In this document: positions 48,816 through 57,078 of the stretch, piece after piece
How the letters are laid out: every line of letters starts with the position of its first letter
Numbering within the stretch: the stretch's first letter is position 1
Assembly: GCA_043427975.1 (NCBI GenBank)
Contig: JBHWTK010000013.1
Location: 95,404-159,403 of the forward strand
Reading direction: 5' to 3'
Length of the DNA: 64,000 bases
Source: Chloroflexia bacterium
GTDB lineage: Bacteria; Chloroflexota; Chloroflexia; Thermomicrobiales; UBA6265
Translations under genes and position numbers: made by a program
The notes under the pieces: generated by a model
Told to the model about the DNA's origin: nothing
The model's input: the letters and a program-made list of their open reading frames with translations, nothing else
The model's database searches: none

Positions 48816-49881
48816 CAACGACGAATCGAACGTGAACTGGTTCAACCTCGTGGAGGAAGAACCGCTGGACGACGATGTGGACATCGAGGGCTACGAGCTC
48901 TCGATGCCCGAAGTCCCGTTCGAGGAATCCCTGGAGGCCATCCAGGCCGATTCGTTGGCCCCGCAGGACCTGCTGGGCTTCAACGACATCTCGCGCAAGC
49001 AGGTGCATGAGCTACGCTCGGTGTGGACCGGCCTTCAGGACACCCAGCGTGCAACCGTGGCAGAGGTGGTTCTCACCATGGCGCAGGAGTTTCCGTACGG
49101 GGACTTTGGGCGGTTCTTCCAGGTGCTCCTGGACGATCCCAACGAGGCTGTCCGGCTCCACGCTGCCCACGGCGCAGCGCTGAGCGAGATCTCGACACTC
49201 ATCAAGCCGCTGGTGGAGCTCGCAGAAAATGACCCGAGCGTGCACGTTCGGGAGGCGAGCCTGCAGGCATTGGCCAACCAGGTTGTTGGCCTTGACCTCG
49301 GCGTGGTGCTGGACAAGCAGGATTCAAACCGGCTGCAGAAGCTCAAGGAGTGGGCCAGGGACGAATCCTGGCCGGCAGAACTACGCGCCGCAGCGCTGCA
49401 TGCGTACAGCTACAACATTGGTGACGACGAGGTCGGTGAGATCATCGAATCCTTCGTAGCCAGCGGCGACGATGTGTTGCAGTTAGGCGCCATGCGCGCC
49501 ATGGTTGAGTTCGGTGCCGGACATTTCACCCGCTTCCTCGAACGCGAACTTCGCCGTAACGATGTCGATGCCCGCGAGGCAGCGGCCCTGGCCATGGGCC
49601 AGAGTTCGGACGAAGAGGTTGTGCCGATGCTCACCATGGCTGCCCGGGAAGACCAGGAGCCCTCGGTACGAGAGGCCGCCTACACCGCGCTTGGCAACCT
49701 CGGCTCCAAGGCAGCGCTCAACGCGCTGCTGCAGCTGCGTGAGAACGCCAGCGATGATGACATCGAGGTGATCGACGCGAGCATCCGCTACGCCACGGAA
49801 CTCCAGGAACTGGAGAACCTCGGCGACATGGACATGTTCGAATTCGAACCCGATGACGACGACGAAGACGACGAGTACTAG
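48799..49881 (+). CDS. HEAT-repeat protein with acidic termini
   Basis: Repeated DPxxxVRxxAxxALxxI/L units (DPNEAVRLHAAHGAALSEI, DPSVHVREASLQALAN, EPSVREAAYTALGNLG) and the tail EPDDDDEDDEY. ATG 48799 overlaps the upstream gene by 17 nt. Confidence 0.8.
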   Translation: MSPESNNDESNVNWFNLVEEEPLDDDVDIEGYELSMPEVPFEESLEAIQADSLAPQDLLGFNDISRKQVHELRSVWTGLQDTQRATVAEVVLTMAQEFPYGDFGRFFQVLLDDPNEAVRLHAAHGAALSEISTLIKPLVELAENDPSVHVREASLQALANQVVGLDLGVVLDKQDSNRLQKLKEWARDESWPAELRAAALHAYSYNIGDDEVGEIIESFVASGDDVLQLGAMRAMVEFGAGHFTRFLERELRRNDVDAREAAALAMGQSSDEEVVPMLTMAAREDQEPSVREAAYTALGNLGSKAALNALLQLRENASDDDIEVIDASIRYATELQELENLGDMDMFEFEPDDDDEDDEY

Positions 49882-49884
49882 AAT

Positions 49885-49911
49885 CAATCCGGGGTGGTAA
49901 GCCCCGGATTG
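49885..49911 (+). promoter_or_regulatory. 10-bp perfect hairpin abutting the femX-like start codon
   Basis: CAATCCGGGG-TGGTAAG-CCCCGGATTG, immediately followed by ATG 49912. It lies 3 nt after the HEAT-gene stop. Confidence 0.5.
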
Positions 49912-50976
49912 ATGGCTTTATCCGCAGAATCAGGAGGCACGCCGGTGCCGGCATCACCAATCACCAACAATGCAGACGCCTGGGATTCCGCTTTGCTTCA
50001 GCATGGCGGTCATTTGTTACAGGGCTGGAAATGGGGCGAGTTCAAATCGCGCCATGGCTGGCGCCCTGAGCGTGTGCATGTGGAGACCGCCAACGGCCAG
50101 GGGTTTGCCCAGGTGCTGTTTCGTTCCCGCGGCCCGGTGAGCATCGGCTATTGCCCGCGGGGTCCGTTGGTTGTGGGTGATGCTGCCGAGGTGTGGCCGG
50201 CATTGCGCAAGGCAATAGATGGCATCGCGCGAAAGCGACGGGCGATCAGTGTCATCCTGGAGCCGAATGATGAGTTCATCGCCCCAGGCGCGCTTGCCGG
50301 AACCGGCCTCAAGCCGGGGCCGGAAAATAACCAGCCGGGGCGAACGGTCATCATCCCGCTCGGCCCTGATGAGACTATGCTCGGCCAGATGCACCAGAAA
50401 ACGCGGTACAGCGTTCGCCTGGCAATGCGCCGGGGCGTCGAGCTGGAACATGCCCACGCGCGAGACCAGAAGGCGATCGATGCCTATTACGGCCTGCTGG
50501 AAGACACCGCCAGCCGTAATGAGTTCGCCGTCCATTCCCGTGCCTATTACGATGATTTCCTGGATGTGTACGGCGATGATGCGTTCTTTATGTTCGCGCG
50601 CTGGGAGGGCAACCTCTGTGCCGTGGTGATTGCTGCGGCGTTCGGCGACACCGGCACCTATATGTACGGTGCCTCCAGCACGGTTCACCGCGGTCACGGT
50701 GCAGCGTTCCTGCTGCAGTTCGAAGCAATGAAATGGGCCCGTGAGAAGGGCTGTACGCACTATGACCTCTGGGGGATTCCAAAAGAAGACCCAGACTCGG
50801 TCACCGGCGACGACAAGACGTCAATCGCGGGCACAAAAGGTGACGACTGGCGCGGAATCTACCGCTTCAAAACCGGATTCGGTGGCGACATTGTGACGCT
50901 GCCCGATACGTTGGAACGCGAGTATATTCCGGGATTGCCGTGGCTTGCCCGCAAGCTCGGCGTGATTGCGGGGTAG
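49912..50976 (+). CDS. FemAB/FemX-family aminoacyl-tRNA-dependent peptidoglycan peptidyltransferase
   Basis: LLQGWKWGEFK, MHQKTRYSVRLAMRRGV, YMYGASS...HGAAFLLQFEAMKWAREKGCTHYDLWGI, YRFKTGFGG. An alternative GTG start at 49894 lies in the hairpin loop. Confidence 0.85.
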   Translation: MALSAESGGTPVPASPITNNADAWDSALLQHGGHLLQGWKWGEFKSRHGWRPERVHVETANGQGFAQVLFRSRGPVSIGYCPRGPLVVGDAAEVWPALRKAIDGIARKRRAISVILEPNDEFIAPGALAGTGLKPGPENNQPGRTVIIPLGPDETMLGQMHQKTRYSVRLAMRRGVELEHAHARDQKAIDAYYGLLEDTASRNEFAVHSRAYYDDFLDVYGDDAFFMFARWEGNLCAVVIAAAFGDTGTYMYGASSTVHRGHGAAFLLQFEAMKWAREKGCTHYDLWGIPKEDPDSVTGDDKTSIAGTKGDDWRGIYRFKTGFGGDIVTLPDTLEREYIPGLPWLARKLGVIAG

Positions 50977-50978
50977 CC

Positions 50979-52484
50979 ATGTCTCCTCGGCCACAGGTCC
51001 AACCGCGACTCATCCAGCTGTCGGAGATCGCTGCAGTCGTCCCGGAATCTCAACTTCTCGGCGATGCCGGGATCACCGGCATCACCATCGATTCTCGCGA
51101 TGTCCGGCCTGGCGACCTGTTTGCCGCGCTCCGCGGCAGCGATTTCGATGGCCACGCGTATATCTCGCAGGCGATCGCCAACGGCGCGGCGGCAATCCTT
51201 GCCGAACAGATGCCCGAGGGCCTGGAACACCCTGTGATTCTCGTTGGCAACTCCCGCCGCGATCTCGCACCGATATCGGCTGCGTTCTTCGGCTACCCGA
51301 GCCATGAACTGACCTGCATTGGACTTACCGGCACCGACGGCAAGACCACCACGACAGCCCTGGTGCAATGGATCCTGCGGGAGCACGAGATTCAAACCGG
51401 GAGCATCGGCACGCTGGGAGTGCAGATCGGCGATGGGACCGTGATATCCATTGGCCACCAGACCACGCCGGAGTCGCATCTCGTTCAGGGATTCCTGCGT
51501 CAAATGGTGGAGGCAGGTACACAGGCGGTCGTGATGGAGGCCACCTCGCATGGCCTCGCGATGCACCGTTTGGATGGCACCCGGTTCACGGTCGCCGGGG
51601 TAACTAACATCACCCAGGAGCACCTGGAGTACCACAAAACCATTGAAGCCTATCGCGCCGCAAAGGGAATCCTTGTCCAGCGTGTGAACGCAGTGGGTGG
51701 AACCGTGCTGCTGAACGCTGATGATGAAGGAGCAATGAGCCTGGCTTCGCTTTCGGGCCCGGACAGCCTGAAGACCTACTCGATGTATGGCGCGGATGCC
51801 AACTATACCGCCACGAATGTTGTCGCGGACAACACCGGATGCACGTTCGACCTCACAATCGGCGACGAGAAGCATGCAGTTACCTTGCCGTTGCTGGGCG
51901 AGTTCAATGTCGCCAACGCGCTGTGTGCAATTGGGGTGTGCCATGCAGCGGGGGTTCCGGTAGAAGCGGCTGTCGATGCGCTCTCCCGCGCTCCCGGCGT
52001 GCACGGGCGGATGCAGCGGATCGACGCCGGGCAGCCATTTAGTGTGGTGGTCGATTACGCCCATACGCCTGCCAGCCTGGCGAAGGCGCTGAACCTGCTG
52101 CGCAGCCTTCAGCGCGACGGCAAGCTGATCGTGGTATCCGGCAGTGCAGGTGAACGTGATGCCGTGAAGCGTCCGCTGCAGGGGAAAGTGATGGCCGAGC
52201 TGGCTGATGTCGTAATCATCACCAGCGAGGATCCTCGCAACGAGGACCCGATGGCTATCCTCCGGGATATCGAGGTCGGGACCGCAGGTGGCGATGCGGA
52301 TGTGCATCTGATTGAGGATCGGCGCGAGGCCATTGCGCTGGCCTTCAGCAAGGCCGGGCCCGAAGATGTCGTGTTGCTCGCGGGCAAGGGTCATGAAACG
52401 AGCATAATCTGGGGGTTCGAACACCGCCCGTGGGATGAAGCGGCGGTCGCTCGCGAACTGCTCGCGCCCTATGCTGTGCGGTAG
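50979..52484 (+). CDS. murE: UDP-N-acetylmuramoyl-L-alanyl-D-glutamate--diamino-acid ligase
   Basis: ITIDSRDVRPGDLFAALRG, GLTGTDGKTTTT, VDYAHTP, SEDPRNEDP. ATG 50979 lies 2 nt after the femX-like stop. Confidence 0.95.
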   Translation: MSPRPQVQPRLIQLSEIAAVVPESQLLGDAGITGITIDSRDVRPGDLFAALRGSDFDGHAYISQAIANGAAAILAEQMPEGLEHPVILVGNSRRDLAPISAAFFGYPSHELTCIGLTGTDGKTTTTALVQWILREHEIQTGSIGTLGVQIGDGTVISIGHQTTPESHLVQGFLRQMVEAGTQAVVMEATSHGLAMHRLDGTRFTVAGVTNITQEHLEYHKTIEAYRAAKGILVQRVNAVGGTVLLNADDEGAMSLASLSGPDSLKTYSMYGADANYTATNVVADNTGCTFDLTIGDEKHAVTLPLLGEFNVANALCAIGVCHAAGVPVEAAVDALSRAPGVHGRMQRIDAGQPFSVVVDYAHTPASLAKALNLLRSLQRDGKLIVVSGSAGERDAVKRPLQGKVMAELADVVIITSEDPRNEDPMAILRDIEVGTAGGDADVHLIEDRREAIALAFSKAGPEDVVLLAGKGHETSIIWGFEHRPWDEAAVARELLAPYAVR

Positions 52485-52532
52485 CATGGCAGATACACCA
52501 CGTTCGTCCGCTGACCGGGAGTTCTCCGCTAC

Positions 52533-53477
52533 ATGAGCATTTCACGTCGGGCTATTCTCCAGACTGCGGCCGCTGCCCTTGCGCTGCCGGCCGTGACCAG
52601 GGCACAGTCCGGCGTTTTCGGGAGAATTGCGTTCATCAAGGACGGCAATATCATGCAGTGGTCTCCGGATGGCGTCACGGAGCTGAAGTCCGATGGTGAC
52701 GCCATGGCGCCAAGCTGGCAGCCGGACTCCAACATGATGGTATATGTGCGCAACGGCGGGTCATTCAGCAACCTGATCTCGCTGGATACCGAGACAGGTC
52801 GCACACGCAGGCTGACCAACAGTGAAAGCCAGCTCCAGCGCGGCAGTGAGGAGTATGTAGCTGATTCGGTGTGGATAACGGACCCGTGCTGGAGCGAATC
52901 CAACATCATTGTGTTTGGGTCTACTGCTGACAGCGTTGATGGCTACCCGCGACTTTGGATCCTTCGATACGATACCGAAACCATGTTCCCCGGCCCGACA
53001 GACTTTATGGAAGCCGGCTGGATCGAGAAGGTCACTGTGGATGCCAGCGGCAAGTACGCCTGCTACACGGTACTGGGCGACGGGATGGTGAGCTACATCG
53101 GCATGCGCGACCTGGATACGGGAGTCACATGGCCGGTGCTGGAGGGGGCGCAGGGAGCATTCGACGGAGCGATCTCACCGAATGGCCGGTGGGTGATTGG
53201 CACAATTCGCGATTCCGACAACGTGAGCGATCTGTGGCTTACAAACGTGGAGAGCGACGAATCGTACCGCCTCACCGAGGGCGAGAATGCCAACGCCGCT
53301 ACGTGGGACTATTTTGGTGAATCGGTGGCGTACCTGGCCTACGTTGGCGGCGGGTTCAGCCTGCGGGCGTTCCGTATCGATTTCACCGGCGACACGCCAT
53401 CAATCGATGGCGATATCCAGGTGCTGATTGAGAAGGACAACATCGATTCCACCAGCCGGCTCAGCTGGAACCGATAG
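52533..53477 (+). CDS. Secreted TolB-like beta-propeller (PD40/WD40-like repeat) protein with Tat-type signal
   Basis: MSISRRAILQTAAAALALPAVTRAQS, then repeated W(S/Q)PDG/ISPNG-type blades. Confidence 0.7.
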   Translation: MSISRRAILQTAAAALALPAVTRAQSGVFGRIAFIKDGNIMQWSPDGVTELKSDGDAMAPSWQPDSNMMVYVRNGGSFSNLISLDTETGRTRRLTNSESQLQRGSEEYVADSVWITDPCWSESNIIVFGSTADSVDGYPRLWILRYDTETMFPGPTDFMEAGWIEKVTVDASGKYACYTVLGDGMVSYIGMRDLDTGVTWPVLEGAQGAFDGAISPNGRWVIGTIRDSDNVSDLWLTNVESDESYRLTEGENANAATWDYFGESVAYLAYVGGGFSLRAFRIDFTGDTPSIDGDIQVLIEKDNIDSTSRLSWNR

Positions 53478-53484
53478 CTTGTCA

Positions 53485-53917
53485 TTAGGGGGCGTTGTGT
53501 GTCGTCCCGCTGGCGCGACTCGTGCCCAGCATGACGAGCACGCCGAGGGAATTACGTCCCCATTCCTGCAACTCGTCTTTCCTTTGGTATTTGGCCAGAA
53601 GCAGTTCGCGGGCACGCGTGTCATGCAGTGAGCCTTCCGGCAGCACATGGGCCACTCCGGCGAGCGACTCGCCGCCAATCTCGATGGACACTACCGGATT
53701 GGCCATCAGGTTCTTCACCCAGTCGGAGCGATCGCGTCCTCCCGACATCAGGTACACCTTGTCGCCGTCAAGGGCGTACCAGATCTCGATGCGATGAGGT
53801 TCTCCTAGGTTCTCCTGTGACCCGCCCGGTTGTGGTCAGGTACGCAAACGGATGGTGATTGAGGCTCTCTTGCCAGAAATCCCTGGGACTCACGCAGCGT
53901 ACCCTTTCGTAATTCAT
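53485..53917 (-). pseudogene. Deazaflavin(F420)-dependent nitroreductase-family (DDN/PPOX-class) gene disrupted by a 10-bp tandem duplication
   Basis: From ATG 53917: MNYERVRCVSPRDFWQESLNHHPFAYLTTTGRVTGEP, then the frame breaks. The downstream frame reads HRIEIWYALDGDKVYLMSGGRDRSDWVKNLMANPVVSIEIGG... Deleting one copy of AGGAGAACCT restores a 140-codon ORF. Confidence 0.8.
53797..53816 (-). repeat. Exact 10-bp tandem duplication (AGGAGAACCT x2 on the minus strand)
   Basis: The + strand reads AGGTTCTCCT at 53797..53806 and again at 53807..53816. Confidence 0.9.
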
Positions 53918-53918
53918 T

Positions 53919-53941
53919 GGGGTCCGCTTCAAGCGGACCCC
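53919..53941 (-). terminator. 9-bp hairpin downstream of aspS
   Basis: GGGGTCCGC-TTCAA-GCGGACCCC, 14 nt after the aspS stop. No clear U-tract. Confidence 0.45.
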
Positions 53942-53955
53942 AACATCACACCTGA

Positions 53956-55752
53956 CTAGGCTTTGGCTGGCTTCAGCGCCAGTCCCAGATCGTCCAGCTG
54001 GCTGGTCTCGACCGGTGCCGGCGCGTCGAACATCACGTCGACGCCGCGGTTGTTCTTGGGGAAGGCGATGACGTCGCGGATGCTCTCCTCGCCAGCAAGC
54101 AACATTACTGTGCGATCGAGACCGAAGGCGATACCGCCATGCGGCGGAGCGCCATATTCCAGCGCGGTGAGGATGCTGCCGAAGCGGTCCTCCTGGATCT
54201 CCTCGCTCAGGCCCATGAGGCCAAACACCTTCTCCTGCTGGCTGCGCTTGTGGTTACGCACCGATCCACCGCCAAGTTCATTACCGTTGGCCACCAGGTC
54301 GTATTGCTTGGAGCGAATGTTGCCTGGGTCGGATTCAAGCAGGTGCTCGTCTTCCTCGAAATAGCCGCAGAACGGGTTGTGGGTGGCATCCCAGCGGTTG
54401 CCTTCCTCGTCCCATTCAAGCAGCGGGAACTCCACGACCCACGCGTAGGCCATCACATTGGGGTCAGCGAGGTTGAGGCGCTTGCCGAACTCATCGCGCA
54501 GGGCCGACAGCGCCTTCGCGACCACATCTGCGGTGTCTGCCACCAGCAGCACAAGGTCGCCGGTCGACGCGCCAATACCCGTGGTGAGGGCGGTGATCTC
54601 GTCCTCGCTGAGGAACTTCGCAATAGGGCTCTTCACGCCATCAGCAGTGAGTGCGATGGTTGCGAGGCCCTTGGCCCCCGCCGATTTGGCCAGCTCAGTA
54701 ACCTCGTCGATTTGCTTGCGGGTGTAGTCGCCGCAACCTGGAACGACGATTGCCTTGACCTGGCCACCGTTCTCCAGCACGCCGGCGAATGCCTTGAAGC
54801 CGGTGCCGCGCAGCGATTCGCTGACATTCTGCAGTTCCATGCCGAAACGGAGGTCGGGGCGGTCGTTGCCGTACCGGTCCATGGCCTCTGCATAGGTCAT
54901 GCGCGGGAACGGCTTCTGCTGGATCGTTTTCTCGGTGAAGTTCTCCGTGATCTCGATCATCAGCTGCTCCATGAGGTCCATCAGGTCATCGGGCGTGATG
55001 AAGCTCATCTCGATGTCGAGCTGGGTAAACTCCGGCTGGCGGTCAGCACGCTGGGCCTCATCCCGGAAGCAGCGGGCGATCTGGAAATACCGGTCCAGGC
55101 CACTCACCATCAGCAGCTGTTTGAGGATTTGCGGACTCTGCGGTAGCGCGTAGAACTCACCGGGCTGGGCAGAGGAGGGGACAAGGAAATCGCGTGCTCC
55201 CTCGGGCGTGCTGCGAATGAGCAGCGGCGTTTCCACCTCAACGAACCCACGCTGGTCGAGGAAATCGCGCATGTACTTCACCACCCGGTGGCGCAGCAGC
55301 ACGATTTCCTGCATCGCCGGGCGACGAAGATCCAGGTAGCGGTACTTCAGGCGCAGCGCTTCGTCGAAGTCGCCGTCCTCATTGATGTAAAACGGCGGCG
55401 TCTTGCTTTCGTTGAGGATCGTAATGCCGCGTGCCTCGACCTCAATCTCGCCGGTCGCCATCTTCGGGTTGACGGTGCCTTCCGGGCGGGCGCGGACAAT
55501 TCCATCCACCTGGATCACGTACTCGTTGCGAAGCTTGTTGGCGATATCATGGGCGGCCGGGTCAATCTCCGGGTTGAACACCACCTGGGTGATTCCGAAG
55601 CGGTCCCGGAGGTCGATGAAAATCAGCCCGCCGAGATCCCGCCGTCGGTTCACCCATCCCTTCAGCGTCACGGGGTGTTCCGCATCGGCGGCAGTGAGGG
55701 AGCCGCAGGTGATGCGACCGATAACATCCGGCTTTACATCAATAGGAAGCAT
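53956..55752 (-). CDS. aspS: Aspartate--tRNA ligase
   Basis: GWVNRRRDLGGLIFIDLRDRFG, FQIARCFRDE, GGIAFGLDR; bacterial-type insertion domain; 598 aa. Confidence 0.95.
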   Translation of the reverse strand: MLPIDVKPDVIGRITCGSLTAADAEHPVTLKGWVNRRRDLGGLIFIDLRDRFGITQVVFNPEIDPAAHDIANKLRNEYVIQVDGIVRARPEGTVNPKMATGEIEVEARGITILNESKTPPFYINEDGDFDEALRLKYRYLDLRRPAMQEIVLLRHRVVKYMRDFLDQRGFVEVETPLLIRSTPEGARDFLVPSSAQPGEFYALPQSPQILKQLLMVSGLDRYFQIARCFRDEAQRADRQPEFTQLDIEMSFITPDDLMDLMEQLMIEITENFTEKTIQQKPFPRMTYAEAMDRYGNDRPDLRFGMELQNVSESLRGTGFKAFAGVLENGGQVKAIVVPGCGDYTRKQIDEVTELAKSAGAKGLATIALTADGVKSPIAKFLSEDEITALTTGIGASTGDLVLLVADTADVVAKALSALRDEFGKRLNLADPNVMAYAWVVEFPLLEWDEEGNRWDATHNPFCGYFEEDEHLLESDPGNIRSKQYDLVANGNELGGGSVRNHKRSQQEKVFGLMGLSEEIQEDRFGSILTALEYGAPPHGGIAFGLDRTVMLLAGEESIRDVIAFPKNNRGVDVMFDAPAPVETSQLDDLGLALKPAKA

Positions 55753-55776
55753 CTCTTCTCCTCAAACACGCCGGTT

Positions 55777-57078
55777 CTACAGCGATCCGGCCACATGGTT
55801 CTCTAACGCGATTCTCAAAACTTCATCGGGGTCGTCGCCTGCAACAACAATGGCGGCAACGGCATCGAAGAGCGCTTGCTGGCGCGATTCGGGAGTTCCT
55901 GGCTGAGCAGGCACAGGGTGTTTCGCCAGCACGCGGCTGGCCCGAGTGAGGGCTGGCATACTGTGTGGCTGACCATCGGCTGCCTTCTCCGGTTTGCCGG
56001 GGCGGTCCGCCTTCTCCTGTTGTTTTACCTGCTGCCAGACGCCAACGACATCCTCGGCAGACTGTGCAGCTTCATCCCCGAAGACGTGAGGGTGTCGGCG
56101 GACGATCTTGGTCGCGATGCCGTGATAGACATCCTCCAGCTGAAACGCGCCGCGTTCCTCAGCGATTTGGGCGTGCATCATGATCAAGAGGAGCAGGTCG
56201 CCCAGTTCCTCGGCGAGGTTTGCGTCGTCGCCGGTATTGATCGCGTCAACAGCCTCGTACACCTCATCGACCAGCGATTGGGCGAGGCTGGCATTGGTCT
56301 GTTTTCGATCCCACGGGCAGCCATCCTCCTGACGCAGGCGAGCAACAATGTGTTGCAGGGTGGCCGGATCATGCGTTGCATCCAGGTCGCCCATCGGCGT
56401 CACATAGATCGCAAGCAGCGGGGCACCTGGATGGTCCAGGAGCTTTCCGATAGTGGTTGATAATCGGGATTCCGATTCCAGTCCCGCTGCCATGATCATC
56501 TCTACCGGGTGATCGTCCGGAAGGATTCGCCGCAGTTGCGACTGCGCGGCCGCAAGGAAATCGGCGTCATACAGGTGCGTTACGAGGATTGGAAGGGAAG
56601 GGCTAAGCTGGAGCAGGCCACCGGCGAACGGTGACTCGGAATCGATTGCTGCCAACCTCCAGCCAGACACCAGTTGCACGCGATCGTGAATCGGGTCGAG
56701 ATCGAGCGCTGAGGCGAGCATGTCCGTTGCTGAGATGCCGTCGATCACATCTGTGGGGAGGCCGATATCGCTCGCCATCTCCAGAACGGTCCTGACCAGT
56801 CCTTCACCAAACCGTGGGTGCCCCGGAATGGCAAGCACTACCGGTTCCTGCTGCGCCCCGGCGATGACTGCCTGCGCGGCGAGTTGCCATCCCGTGGACC
56901 GATTCCGGAACTCCGAAAGATCGGTGACGTTTGGACGGCCGACAAGGTCAGGGAGGTCGACTCCCTCATGAACGCGTAGGTAGATATGGCTGGCGGAGTC
57001 CAGCGCCCGCTGGGCTGCCACGGTCCGGAACGCTGCCGGGCCTGGCCCCAACCCGACGATCGTGATGGCGGCGGTCAC
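55777..57078 (-). CDS. YabN-type fusion: tetrapyrrole-methylase-like domain + MazG nucleotide pyrophosphohydrolase domain
   Basis: N-terminal [10 protein letters not shown]-terminal MazG sequence CPWDRKQT...EVYE..DAI......[17 protein letters not shown] start overlaps the lepA stop (GTGA). Confidence 0.85.
   Translation of the reverse strand: MTAAITIVGLGPGPAAFRTVAAQRALDSASHIYLRVHEGVDLPDLVGRPNVTDLSEFRNRSTGWQLAAQAVIAGAQQEPVVLAIPGHPRFGEGLVRTVLEMASDIGLPTDVIDGISATDMLASALDLDPIHDRVQLVSGWRLAAIDSESPFAGGLLQLSPSLPILVTHLYDADFLAAAQSQLRRILPDDHPVEMIMAAGLESESRLSTTIGKLLDHPGAPLLAIYVTPMGDLDATHDPATLQHIVARLRQEDGCPWDRKQTNASLAQSLVDEVYEAVDAINTGDDANLAEELGDLLLLIMMHAQIAEERGAFQLEDVYHGIATKIVRRHPHVFGDEAAQSAEDVVGVWQQVKQQEKADRPGKPEKAADGQPHSMPALTRASRVLAKHPVPAQPGTPESRQQALFDAVAAIVVAGDDPDEVLRIALENHVAGSL

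Noticed and set aside
46938-48884. 648-aa minus-strand ORF mirroring the 623-aa hypothetical gene
   Set aside because: The + strand has an SD, GC-rich third codon positions, overlap coupling to the next gene and a protein-like composition. The minus-strand product is typical of an antisense artefact (poly-Ser start, Arg/Gly/His/Leu-rich).
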